From Haliotis rufescens (lineage: Eukaryota): 64,000 bases of DNA. Below are positions 1 through 13,001 of the stretch, one piece after another (position 1 is the stretch's first letter; the number at the start of each line of letters is the position of its first letter). The notes under the pieces were generated by a model that was not told the DNA's origin, did not search any database, and saw only the letters and a program-made list of their open reading frames with translations. The translations under genes and the position numbers were made by a program. The DNA lies in the NCBI RefSeq assembly GCF_023055435.1, contig NW_025964361.1:38378001-38442000 (forward strand), given 5' to 3'.

Positions 1-1377
1 TTGGTATTGTCTCTACACATTGAGTAGTATACATCAGAAAATAGTAATTAATTATCATTTCCATACCACATTGTCCATTTAATATGCATGAATAACTATG
101 CACCGATGATTTTCCATATGGAAACAGTATCATGGCATAAAGTGCAGATACTTTGGAAATTTCTTACAGCATTCTAACATTCTTAGCCATATTTCTTTTT
201 GCTCATGACAGGGTATCATTATCAAGTGAATTGCATACTGTTGCACAAAGCAATGTGATGCTGCTATAATTTGGTGAATCATTACAGTCGAAGGATAAAT
301 TGTGAAATACTGTTAGCCTTATTTTCCCCAGTTCATTGCAGTAGGGAAACATTGTATGGCAATCTGAGGAACCAAACAGGTGACATAGCTTATAAGCCTT
401 CTTAGAGCTCAAATGGATAGAATTATAATTAAACTGCCTGCATGTTATCAGAAATTAGCGGGCCACTGTAACCTGATAACGCCCTCATATTGCTTGACGA
501 CTAGCCATTATCACACCCTTTATTAGGTGACGTCATAGGGAGTCAGCTTTTGACGTCATCTGGTTTGTTCTATGACGTTTCCATGCTCGTAAAACTTTGG
601 CAGTTACATTCGTTGTGTGTTGATTGCAGTAAATGTTTCAAAACCAATATTGTTGTTTAGTTTTATTTGATAACCAATTCTATCCTTTTTAGCTATAATA
701 ACGGTAACTCTATTTTTGCAGAAACCCTTGGTCTTTTCAACTGCCTTCCTTTGTTGGGCAGTCAATGGAAGACCTCGGGCTTTTGCAAATGATAATGCCC
801 TGAAAAATAGTGTTACCCTTATATTATTTCAACAAAACCAGTGCCACAGTGTCAACAAAACAAGAGGATAAAATCCCTGTGTGTACATCTTAAACATACT
901 AGACAACACCTTCTTTTGAAGAAAGCTGTGTCCGAAAACAGCACAAAACGCTAACAACATTTGCAAACATTCCATATAAATTAGTAATCAACAAAAACAA
1001 ATTATCCACACCGGATAAGGTTTTAGGTTTGCATTTCACAACAATTAGCTGAGCTTATATCAGTATTAAATACATCTGGAATATACACAACTATGGGTGT
1101 GATTACGAAAGGTATCTAATGCTAGCATGGTAGCATAAACAACAAAGTAGTACATGAGGTCAAACCTATTAACTTTGGTTACATCAGTTCCAAACTCTTA
1201 CAATGTACCATTTTCATCAAAACATTTCATAGAAACATGTGCATTTTCTTACAGAAAACTTATGGTGCCAAATTGCCTGGATTTTCTCTGCATGCATATG
1301 ACCCAGTACACGATTCTTCAGCTACGTGGTAAAAGAAATAGGTAGAGGAATCAGAAAAAAACCCAGAAATATCAAGG

Positions 1378-1485
1378 CACAGGACTTACAAGTAAATTCA
1401 TGCATATTCATCAACCAAACCTATGAGGCCTCGAAGGGTGGTTGGGCCCATGAATATGCATGATTTTCACTAAAAAGTCTTGTGA
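1378..1485. repeat. Palindromic/hairpin element (probable MITE)
   Basis: cacaggactt..tcatgcatattcat / atgaatatgcatga..aagtcttgtg. Confidence 0.6.
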
Positions 1486-2453
1486 TCAAGGCAATTTTCA
1501 TACTTTACATGAAAATGCATTTGAGCCTTGATAACTGTGTCACGTGCTCCCAGCATTTTCTAGGGCTGCTAGATTACATCATTAACCCTGTTTAAATATG
1601 CATATCAAGCAAACATGAGACAAGAAATTGAAAGTCACACCTATTCCTCGGTCCTTCAAGGCTTTCTTTATAAAACAACATAAATTAATTATCATTCATG
1701 AAAGGCAAGATTTGACACAGATCCTCAACGAAATGCTTGGAAAGTATCACACGATTACAACACAGGTATGGAGGGCTCTTGACAGAATAAGACAAGATGT
1801 TCCATCAGTTGCATAGCACAAACTTGTAAGGTGTAGACAAGTAGTGTTGACATGTGGTGTTGTGTCAGTATCTCAACATCAGTGCCAAAGTGGCTGTTAC
1901 AGAGGGGGGTGTATTCAAGATTCAAGCCCAGCAAGGGACCAACCATTTTAAGTTTCCGTCACAATAATTCGTCAGTTACACTTTAAACGCAAGCAATAAT
2001 TTTCCCCTCATATGGGAAGATTGATGAATTATCTTTTAGATAAAATGTCATCAACATATATCTAAATGTTCATCGGACAGTTTCTTAAGGCATGCTTGAC
2101 ACAAAATTGCTTTTCACCTATTCATATGCTGGAATATTATTTGCCTGTGAGTATGGTTTTATGCCGCTTTTAGCAATATTCCTGTAATAACACAGCAACG
2201 ACTGCTACACAGATGACAATAGCATGAAATTTTAGTCTCCAAGCATCTGTGTGATTGGTGCTGACTCATCACATATCCTAGGATATACCCAGTAGAAAGG
2301 TAGGTCAAAAGCTTGCAATCTATCACTATATCACAGCCTATCACAAAATGCACCATGTGAACACATGACTAGTTGTACTTTCGAAACGCAGGGATCTGTT
2401 CGTGTGCCAAATGACAAATCTTAAATGGTAAGGTTTAGTTTCTTCCTAAATGC

Positions 2454-2546
2454 GACGGGTACAATGTGTGAAGCCCATTTCTGGTGTCCCCCGACGTGAT
2501 ATTGCTGGAATATTGCTAAAAGCGGCGTAAAACCATACTCACTCAC
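2454..2546 (+). mobile_element. 5'-truncated tRNA-derived SINE (family A) with TSD
   Basis: 3' part of family A ending in (ACTC)n; TSD tcctaaatgc at 2444-2453 and 2547-2556. Confidence 0.85.
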
Positions 2547-3299
2547 TCCTAAATGCAAGTTCATGCTATATCTGACACAAGTATACTACCCATTGAATTG
2601 AGATACTGTCCAACACAAACACATTATCAAAAAGTGTCTTGTGACCATACTCTCAACATAAAATGATTCTGGTCCTCCAAATTGCATATCTATCTATTTT
2701 CAGGGCATTGATGAATAATTCAAGGAATATTCTTCAATCAAACCACTTTGTCCATGATGAAAATATATATTTTGTGACCTTCACTGTAAGCGTGTTTGGT
2801 TAAATGTCACTTTGAACAGTATTTCAGTTCTATCGCGATGACCATCACTGTCATGGGCCCTGACCATGTTTCCATTATTATGTCCATAAATCTATCACGT
2901 ATAGCTCTATTTTATCACCAACTTGTGAATTCTAATTAATATCTCATTCATGACCAGTATGTACTAACATGGTAATGATGAACTGACAAACAAAATGTTT
3001 ACTTGACTCTCTACAACTCTAGATCTTACTTTAAGACACATTTGTAATTTTTTACAATATGTTTTTCTATACCCCCAAAAAGGCAGTAGGCAAAATTGAA
3101 AAAAATACCATTTGCTGTCAAGGTTCATTTTAGGTAAATATAAAAAACTCTAAAAATATAAGTTTTAATAATTATAATAGAAAGAGGCATTTTCAATCAA
3201 ACACAGCATTATTTTTGTTTTATCGTGTACTTTTGCAAAATGTATCACAGACTTGTCCATGAAACAAGAAAATCTATAAGCCTGTCCTGAATATCTTAT

Positions 3300-3490
3300 G
3301 GTTTGGTTGGTTGTGTAACGCCGCACTCAGCAATATTCCAGCTATACAACGGCGGTCTGTAACTAATCGAGTCTGGACCAGACAATCCAGTGATTGACAT
3401 CGTGAGCATCGATGCATGCAATTTGGATTGATGACAGGCATTAACCAAGTCAGCGAGCCTGACCACCCGATCCCGTTCGTTGCCTCTTAT
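3300..3490 (-). mobile_element. Short retroposon family D (no tRNA head; tail shared with SINEs)
   Basis: acgccgcactcagcaatattccagctat..gagtctggaccagacaatccagtgat..gcctgaccacccgatccc. Confidence 0.8.
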
Positions 3491-4319
3491 CTAATGGATG
3501 AGACTTGAGTACACAAGCTAAACATAACAAGCACTTTAGTATACAAAATACTTCTTTTCCATAACAATTAAACAAGTATGAAAACCAAAAATACAAACAA
3601 AGAGCCACTCAAACAAAAAATGTGGTGGCCAACACAATCAGCAGAAATTAACTACACTAAAGAAATGTAAAATGGCACTGTTAACAGCTGGGTCTCAGCA
3701 CTAAGTGGGTGACACAGCTTGAGAGGGAGGGTTGCCAAAATGTATCACAATGATATGGTTGAGGCCAGGAAACAATGGTACAGTTGAACAATATTTAGGG
3801 ACAGGTCATTTCAAATAGGGAGAGGGAGGGTCATGAAAAAAAGCTCCAACAAGTGCCCCCTGACCTACTTCTTGACCAATCTGTAAGTTGTCTTTATATA
3901 CGACCTCATATGAGACTGAAAGTTTACAAGACCATATTTTCTTGTGTATATTACACATCTCTCACAGAAAACATCAGCCCAGGAGTGCACAACAGCCAAT
4001 ATATAAAAAAGTTTGTTCTCTACTGCTTGATCGCTGAAGAGATATTTAACTTGTTGTGTATATGGTTTCATAAGCACCTGTGGTGCTTATTACAGCTTAT
4101 GTGTTAACTGAATAGCCCAGATTGTTCCGTCAAAATTAAACGTTATGATTAATTAATAGTAATCAGTGATATTCTAATGTGAAAACACTTTAAATAACCA
4201 CCCCTCCAAAAGAAACAGAAACAGAAGAGTAGCGATTCCTCTTGACGTCCTCACAAACTTGACGAAGGTACCGGTATTTGAAAGCTCTGTTGAGTATGTA
4301 GTGTTAGTATAAATCCCAT

Positions 4320-7300
4320 CTATACTTCACAGTGTGAGGAAGGTGCCACATGACCTGCCAGATATATGTTGTCATAGAGATGACCTGCCAAGTCATTACT
4401 CACTTCGCCTGCAGCTCGACATGTGTTTTTGATAAACTCACGCTTGGACATCTTGTTCTTGATGTGCGGTGATGCTAAGTCCACAGACAGCATTATGAGA
4501 GAGAAACACAACATGAACACCGTGTCTGCAATGAAACATACAATGATTACAGTGAGTGAGTGAGTGAGTTGGGTTTAACACTGCTTTGAATAGTATTCCA
4601 GCTATATCATGGTGTGTCAGCTGTATGTGGGAGGAAAGCCAGAAGTGATGCAGGTCTCAGACGTTTACCACTTCGGTGAAACCCACGAGCACACAGGATA
4701 GCGCTGACAAACCTAGAAACATAATCGGAGCCAACATGAATTCAAACCAACAAAAATAGGTTTCTGGTGTGCACAAAGGAACGCGACAAAATGTGGTATC
4801 TTAGAAAACAGGGCCACCTAGGCCCACCAAGTATTACAAAGGAACAATAAGTTAATAAACCTACTGTATGACAAAACTATAAACCATATAAACATTGGTA
4901 CATATATAAGATTATTGCACTTATATAGCGACGTGTGTGTGGTGCGTGTGTGCGTGTGTGTGTGTGTGTCTCTCTCCCTTGTTTTAGACCCTTAATGCCA
5001 AGCACCTGACAGGGTAACAACAAGTACCATCTTTTAATAACTTTTGGTATCGGGATCGATCCACAGACCTTTTCTTCTCCGGGTGGATGCTCCACTACTA
5101 GACAACGGAGGCGGTCAGCTTGAGCAGGGAGTAAAGCCCGAGGTGATGCAGGTCTTAGATGTTTAGAACTAGACCATGCTTGTTGTAAGAGGCGACTAAT
5201 ATGATCAGCTGGTCAGGGTCATAGCGATTTGGTTGATGCATGTAACAGTATCACAAATGTGTAGATAGATGATCATGATGTTAATCACTGGATTGTCAGG
5301 TCCAGACTCGATGACTAGTATTTACATAACACTGTCATACAGCTGTGAGAATGCTGAGTCCAGCATTAACAAACAAACAAACAAGCATGTATAAGAACTT
5401 TGTATTGCTGAAATTTGATTTCTCTGGTCCAAAGAGATGCATGATTAAGCAAGTGGTCATTGAGGTCAGAAAATCCATCAGAAATACAGGGCAAAACAAT
5501 AATATTGTTATCTGACCTAAAATTTGATAAGCAACAAAACCTGAAGGTTTTTTGTTTGTTTGTCATTTAATGCCAGAGTCAACAATATTCCAGCTGTATC
5601 ACGGGGGCCTATGGATCATAGAAACTAGTGATTGACATTTTGAGCAACATCCCATGCCATCAGGGTACGATGATCCAAACCCATATACACGTAGTCACCT
5701 CTAACAACGGGCAATGTTGATAGGCACCCACACCAAACGGTGAAACCTGACCTCCCACAGAGTAGAGAATTGTTTACCTTGACTGAGTCCGATCTGAGGG
5801 TTGCAGGCAAGAAACTGTTGGGAGAATTTCTCAATGACTTCTGTCAGGTAGTTCCCGCGCTGAGTAGGGGCAGAGAACTCTGTGAAGAACTTCCTTAAAG
5901 CATTGGGTAAAAACTGGCCTTGGAAATTCTGTAGTTTTAGTAAATTATCCAGAACATCTCTCCTGAAATACGAGTTGAAGGAAAATATTATGTTAGCTCA
6001 GGATCACAAGAACAAATGAATATTTTCTTGAAGCAATTTAAATGCACACACAAGCACAGGCACCTGTTGAACAATATAGAATATTATGAAAACAATACAT
6101 TTCCTGTCTAGACTAACACCTATACAAGTCATGACAATAGATTAACAAAAAGTGTCCGAAATGAAAATCTTTTGAATCTTTCCTTTTTCAATAGTCTTTT
6201 AATACATAACAGAAAAGAGCCCAGAGAATCTCATCATTTTCTGAGATCAAAGAAATCTAGACTTGCTGACGGATTGTAGACTTGATGGAGTTTTTGGATA
6301 TTTTGTTTTTGAGTCTGTACGAGAGATTACCATACAAATAAGGCTCTAATTTGCCAACCACTCACTTCCAAAGAATTTTTACAAAATTCTTTCCCAGTCC
6401 GGAGAAACAAATAAGTAAGCTATGATGAAAACAGGAGACAGGATACTCATAGGCTATTCTCTACCTCATTTCACAAAACTTGTAAGAACAAGATATTAAA
6501 TTTACATTTAATACATAGAGGATATTATATGAGTGTTCATGTCATAATATGTTCATTACATAAGTGTCTAAATTCCGGTATTTTCAGAGCAAGAGCGAGT
6601 GTCATAAATGTGTATGTATAGTATGACATGAACACTCATATAATGTTCTATTTAGTACCGAAGAAGATGTCAACATACAGAGAAGAATTTTAGTGTTTAC
6701 CCTATAAGGACAGCAAGTCGCAACAGCAGTGGAACCAATCAATGTCAGCAATCTTCAGCTATGACGTCTTTTCTATTGTGACGTCATTCAGACCTTATGT
6801 CACAATAAGATTTTAATGACGTCAACAGTGACGTCCAGATGACAGAAACAATACACTGATGTCTCGTGACACGATATGACCCTAGGGCACATATGATTTT
6901 TATGAACCCTGATATGTTTGCCCTCGTAGGTAACAAATATGTATATTTGTAATTGTACACAGTAGTCAGAAGCCGACACTTGCAACTCTTGGGAGCAAAC
7001 AAGAACATAGTACTGACCTGCCATTGAGAAACTGGCGCTTTCGGACTGGCCATAGTTTCTTTGTGGTGTGAAGGAACCGGGCTATCTCTTCAGGGTCATC
7101 ATCTAGAATCTCATGCTCAAACAAGTAGTTCATTCCCTGGTAACACAAAACATGAGTAACTTTAACAAGATGGGTCCTATCACATACAGTAATGTCATTC
7201 TGCAGTTGGTCAGCCCCCAAATAGGTGTTTTGGAAGCCGATTATGGAGCGTGTGAGTTCAGCACTTTCACTTGGACATTTAAATACTGTCTATGAATATT

Positions 7301-8867
7301 AGGAATTTTTCTCTCTCTCTCGGATATTGACTTAATGTATTTCGGAATATTGATATTCGCAACAAAATCGCCATCATGTTTTTCACCTGACTTGCACTTT
7401 AACAAACATGACAAACAGTCGTCACAGCTCTAAAGAAATGTTAATATAACTGACCTCATAAGGCTCCCCATTAAAAGTGAGAGAGGCTTCATCCAGCAGA
7501 AGAAATAATCTCTTAAATGAAAAGTCTGGAATGTTGCGAGCCCGCCTGTATACACTGGTGTATCCCCACTGACCCTTGCATAGGCTGAAAACAAACATTG
7601 TAAATGATCATCAGATACCGACATCACTAACTTGAAATCATTACAATATCTAGCATATTGATGATACAGATGTTTCATCCCAGGGACTGCCTGCAATAGA
7701 TGGAACATTGAATGGTTTGTCTCGTGTGCTCAAACTGAGACAAAGACGATCATGAAATAACAACACCACAATAATAATTCACTTGTAAAGCACATAACTC
7801 CACATGCAATGTGTGCTTAAAGCACTACATCATGTACATTATTATTACCCCGGTCAACAGGATCAATGTGCACTTGACTTTCACTCTCATCTTCCTGGGG
7901 AGTATACAGCCCAAGCTGCCTGTAACTTATATCATTGATATCTTCATCAAAACTGTGTTCACTTTCATGTTTAAGTTACAACATTTCACCTTCATCTATG
8001 TAATATCTTATGCTTGTGTACAGTTTATGTTAAGACTGTTTTATTCAAGCCTGACTCTCTCATCTGTTTTTAATGATGATGTATTGCTTGATTAAATTGG
8101 AAAATCAGATTGGAATTCGGTTTCCACACATGTATAATGGCATTTGAAGATCTTAAATTTCCCAGATCAATAAATCAGTTGTGTCATCCAGTATCACAAG
8201 TTTGTCGTCATTGATGCTCTATGTACAAACTCTGCTACTTGTTAGTGTAACCGTCAATGATGTGAGCCTTGCCTAATTTAACTTATACAATGACAGAGGG
8301 CAAACAATATTCACTAGCCAAACACATCAGACATTAAGGCTGAGACAGGTAGAAAAACAAAGTTTAAAAAAGTGATGAGTGGTCATATTTTGATCTAAAC
8401 AGCACACAAGAATGAAGTCATTTCTTTTTAACAGTTATCATTTTTAATATACACACATTAGCTAGCGTAAATGTACAGACTAATCATGAAGCCAATATAT
8501 GCTCTAGTGAGGTTGCTGATTGGCTATATCACTACATGTACCATACAGTATGCAGTAACATCATGTCTTCATGTTCCAAGTAATCTGGTCACCTGACCCA
8601 GCCCTAGTCATTGCTTGTAAACATTGTAGAAATTATGTTATTCCATGCTTACCCTTGCCATAAGAAATCATCATTTCCAAGGTGTCCCCAAACACAAGAG
8701 GCTAAACAGAGATCAGTCGGGTTCAGGTAGGACAGAACAGCCAGCCCCAGTTCAGGAGGTAATGAGGCAAGGTCTGGGAACCCCTCACATTTCAAGATGC
8801 TCCGTCTCTTCACCCCGGCACAATCAAACTGATTCACCTCATTCAGGCGCCTGAGCATCTGACCCAT
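4320..8867 (-). CDS. FBXO8: F-box only protein 8 (F-box + Sec7-like domain), 284 aa; coding exons 8867-8653, 7584-7455, 7136-7018, 5962-5778, 4525-4320
   Basis: F-box LPPELGLAVLSYLNPTDLCLASCVW..LWQG, then LCKGQWG..LDEASLTFN, ILDDDPEEIARF, QFLPNALRKFF..IEKFS and LSVDLASPHIKNKMSKREFIKNT..GHLYDNIYLAGHVA, all recognisably FBXO8. All introns GT-AG with matching phases; 855 nt total. Confidence 0.95.
4553..4828 (-). mobile_element. SINE family B, diverged
   Basis: Homologous to 12268-12546. Confidence 0.8.
4905..5116 (-). mobile_element. SINE family C, internally deleted
   Basis: gattattgcacttatatagcgacgtg..cagggtaacaacaagtacc..ccactactagacaacggaggcggtc. Confidence 0.75.
5170..5385 (+). mobile_element. 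Family D retroposon
   Basis: catgcttgttgtaagaggcgactaa..cactggattgtcaggtccagactcg..(AAAC)n tail. Confidence 0.75.
6513..6652. mobile_element. Palindromic MITE-like element
   Basis: attatatgagtgttcatgtcata ... tatgacatgaacactcatataat inverted pair. Confidence 0.6.
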
Positions 8868-10759
8868 GTCGGCTATCAGTGGACCTGTCTATTTGCCGAG
8901 ACAATGAGTCAAGAGCATTAACACTTGTTAGGATTCCATCTGAAAATAATGGCAAAGTTAATGAAGTTGCCACTGAAAGAAACAGAATATAGGGTGGGTA
9001 GATTGTACTTTGAGATCCCTAACTTTGTCTATGCTACGTTACGACATGGCCTATATGATATTTTCTTATGGATTTAATCAATATATTTGTCTATGACTGG
9101 GATGAACTATGTACGGTAATGGGGTACATGGGGTATACTAGAGACATGGGGTACACTGGAGACAGGTAACATTTATACTTTTTACACATAGTCATAGCGT
9201 CATAGTTATCAAGTGCAGAGATCATGATATGCGCACACGAGACTTCATACACAAATAACATTTCTATAGAGCAATCTCTAAAATCAATCGATAGAGGTGT
9301 GTGGAATTCCAGACAAACTGTCAGACGGTTACAAAAATTTTCACAGTTCTTACACCGTTAGTAATCGTTTTTCGGGAAGATAAGCTTGGACAAGACACGA
9401 CAGCGCTTCAGAAGTTTACATACTTTCCTAATCTTTTCGTTCCATGACTGCTAAGAGTAGCTGTGTTTGTAGAAATGCACACGATTCATGATTTATTTCC
9501 AGCTTTTGGTTTGTAAACATTTCCAACAACCTCAAATTGACGTGGAACAGTTCCGAAGTCGTAGGTAATACGTTTTTCCCATTGGTCAAAATTGAAGGGA
9601 GCAGTCATTGTTACTCCTGGTTTGTTTACATTTTCTTCACATCGTGAGGTAATACCAGTGTCGTTCTGAAGGAAATACTTTCATCATTCTGGTCACAAAA
9701 TACAATTTTTAAGCATCCCCCCCCCCCCAACAAAAAATGCAACAAAGTATTATTTTATTTTAAACGTGTCTGTAAATATTGTTTTAATTTCTAAATTCTA
9801 ACTGTGATAAAATACTGCAGTTTAAATCTTTAGAAAGACCAGATAGCAGTATATAAATATAGAGCTAGCTGTTGTAAGTAACTTCCCTGAAATGGTCATT
9901 TATTAAAGACATTTCAAATCTTTACTATCTTTCATCGAAAATAACTTTGTCCAGGTAATCTGGACATTTGTAGATTGTCCGAAAATATGTTTGATTTATT
10001 TCATTGATTGAATAATTCTACTTGTAGTAACTGGCAACCACAAATGAGATGAGTGTTGAAATGGGTTTATTCTGTCTTGTTATCTTTCTTAATTGTTATT
10101 TTGTCTAGGCAGCAATTTGTGATCGAGTTTTGAATAGATCCAATCAGTGTGACAAATAACTCAATGACATTTTCAGGCCATTTGTAAAAGACAGTTAAAT
10201 GTTCAATTATTGTATATACAAAAGGACTGAAATCTAGACATAGCACGGAATATTTTCTGAAATGGCGTCTGCCCAACTTTAGAGTCTTTCAGTGAGATTT
10301 CCTACCTCTACAGCTAATTCCGTCATCTTCTCACCTTTCACTTAATTAAAGTAAACAAATCGTATCTCGAATTTTGTACCAGCCCGATAACTTTAAACTA
10401 ATTGGTCCTCATAATTGTTTTAACAGGCATTTGTCAAATGGACCATGGTAATCGATATATTTAATTGTACATTAACGTGAACCTTTGGTTAAGGTAATGG
10501 AATCAGTGCAAGGTAGCTTACAAACGAAGTTATTCATAAGGAATCATATGCAAGTCGTTTATTAGTCTAAGGCTCACTTTATTAATGAAGCATTCCTCAT
10601 TCGCGTCACTAGTTATTCAAACAGAGCAATTGGGCTTAAAGAAGATCTCGAACTTTAAAGTCTCGCATTTCTAAATTAGCCGGGCGCTCTACAAAGCGGT
10701 CTTGGCGCTGCGACTACCAGCAGTGCAAGATAATGTACGGGACAGAAGTTATATATTAT

Positions 10760-10990
10760 TTGTTTTGTTTGTTTGTGTGTGTGTTATTTTATGCCGTATT
10801 CAGCAATATTTCATTTATATGACGGCGGTCTGTAAATACTCGAGTCTGGACCAAACAATCCAGTGACTGACATCATGAGCATCGATCTACAAAATAGGGA
10901 TACGATGACATACATCAACAACGTCACCGAGCCTGACCAACCGATACCGTTAGTCGTTTTTTCACGAGTATGGGTTGGTGAAGACCCGGA
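10760..10990 (-). mobile_element. Family D retroposon
   Basis: Homology to other copies. Confidence 0.75.
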
Positions 10991-11267
10991 GCTATATATA
11001 TGATAGCTTCGTCGAACGAGACCCAGGATTATTGAACTGACGAAAGTGCGGACTGTCAACATAAGGCTAATAAGCTAATGACACTTGTTGGAAAGTGTGT
11101 GTCCATCGTATATAGACTGTAGGAATATAATTGGCCAAAACTGTATCGTATCAACGTGGTTTCAACCCGGAGGTGGAGAAAAGTATTACACGGAGCATGT
11201 TTTACAAAAGCATAAACACCATCGCACACAATAGCCGAAAGATTTTACGAGCGCTCTCTTAACTTAC

Positions 11268-11328
11268 CTCTCGTCGAATAAACACGAGCAACACTGAACT
11301 GTCATTATTGTTTGTCACTGTATATATA
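11268..11328 (-). promoter_or_regulatory. Candidate TATA/Inr promoter and short first non-coding exon (probably FBXO8)
   Basis: TATATATA at 11328-11321, CAGTT/TCAGT Inr-like sites 28-33 nt downstream, perfect donor GAG|GTAAGT at 11267. Confidence 0.4.
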
Positions 11329-11344
11329 GTATTTGATTGTGAGT

Positions 11345-11499
11345 GAGTATGGTTTTACGCCGCTTTAAGCAATATTCCAGCAATATCACGGCAGGGGATA
11401 CCAGAAATGGGCTTCACGCATTGTTTACATGTCGGGAATCGAACCCGGGTCTTCGGTGTGACGAACGAACGCTTTAACCACTTGGTTACCCGACCGCCC
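11345..11499 (-). mobile_element. SINE family A, full length
   Basis: Pol III A/B boxes (GGTTCGATTCC), shared tail, TSD ttgattgtgagt. Confidence 0.9.
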
Positions 11500-12221
11500 T
11501 TGATTGTGAGTAACTGAGAAAAAACATCGTATTTCAAAAGAAACATCGTTCAATTTTAAGTCTATCACGTAGTACATATATGTCCTTTCCAGGTCATTAT
11601 AGGTCGGGACTTAAATGACATACTGTTCAAAACGGCGTTAAACCACCCTCACTTGAGAACGTTCAGATCAATGTACATGTCTGGGAATGGTGCGTTGTCG
11701 TGTGAAATAAATTATTACATGCAAGGCATTAATGTTTTCTTTTCTTTTCTTGATATCACTTAATCCTCAATCACCTAGTGTGTTATATCTCCAACATATT
11801 TGCATGTCATCATTATATACAATAAAATTATATACCCTGGAACATCCAGGATGCCAAGACTTCTGGGAAAATGCATAAAGTCACATATATCCAAGTGGTC
11901 ACTCCACATACTAGTATACTTCTTAAAATATGTTAAAGAACACCCAATTCTTTCATAACACTATAGTTGATCTGTCATTTAGTGGGTGGGCCTAGTTGTG
12001 GCATGTTTAAAGTCGATGTTGAGAACATCCTGTTACGAACATCTCAGGAATTGCTGGCGTGGTTTAAAATTCATGTCAGTTAGCAATCTCATTAAAATCA
12101 GATCTTAGTTCTCGCTGCCGCGGTTCAGCAGTATTGAGAACCAAGGTCTGAACTTAATGAGATTGTGTCAGGTAGTTAGTTCACTTTGGCAATACAACAG
12201 GGTGGCTCTTCTTTCCCTGGA

Positions 12222-12800
12222 GGTGAGGTTTAAGGTCGCGTGCAAGACTATTGCACTTATATATGGAGTGAGTGAGTGAGTTGGGTTTAACGCCGCTTAT
12301 AACAGTATTCCAGTTATATCACGGTGTGTCAGCTTAATGTGGGAGGAAAGCCCGAAGTGATGCAGGTCTCAGACGTTTACCACTTCGGTGAAACCCACGA
12401 GCACGGGTATGGTGCTGACAAACCTAAGAACATAATAGGGGCGACCCAGGATTCGAACCCACAATCAGAGGTTTCTGGCGTGCCCAAGGGACGCAACTCT
12501 GCACAGCGAATCGCGGCACCATAGGCGACTGGGCCACCCGTGCCCCCACTTATATATAGAAGTGCATGCCTGTAGTTTGTGTGCGCCATGCTTGTAGTAG
12601 TCCGGACTAAAGCCGAATATATAGTGCTTGCACGCTTAGATACCATTCCGCAATATTGAATGGATAGTATTGGATACCCAACTCAAAGTATGCTTGACTC
12701 CGAGCCGACTGGTCATGTTATATCCCCTTAATGTCTGGCGCCAGGCAGGGTAACAAGAAGTACCATCATTAAAGTCTTTTGGCATGGCACTGGATTGAAG
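12222..12800 (-). mobile_element. SINE family C (hosts family B insertion)
   Basis: ttgcacttatata..tagtccggact..cagggtaacaagaagtacc. Confidence 0.75.
12268..12546 (-). mobile_element. SINE family B (tRNA-Leu-like head) nested in a family C SINE
   Basis: A box TGGCCCAGTCG, B box GGTTCGAATCC, TSD cacttatatat[g/a]ga. Confidence 0.9.
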
Positions 12801-13001
12801 ACAATTTTCTCAATTCATGTATAGTTTATTTCTTATTTACATTAAGATATAAATGTTCGTACAAAGCTCACACACATCTCTCACATATTTTACATCATTG
12901 TCACAACTGGGGTGGCACACTGAAATACACATCTCACAATAGTCTCCTTCATGTCCGGTGTCTCTTGCTCACAGCCTAAAATCTTAGTACTTGCAAAGCG
13001 C

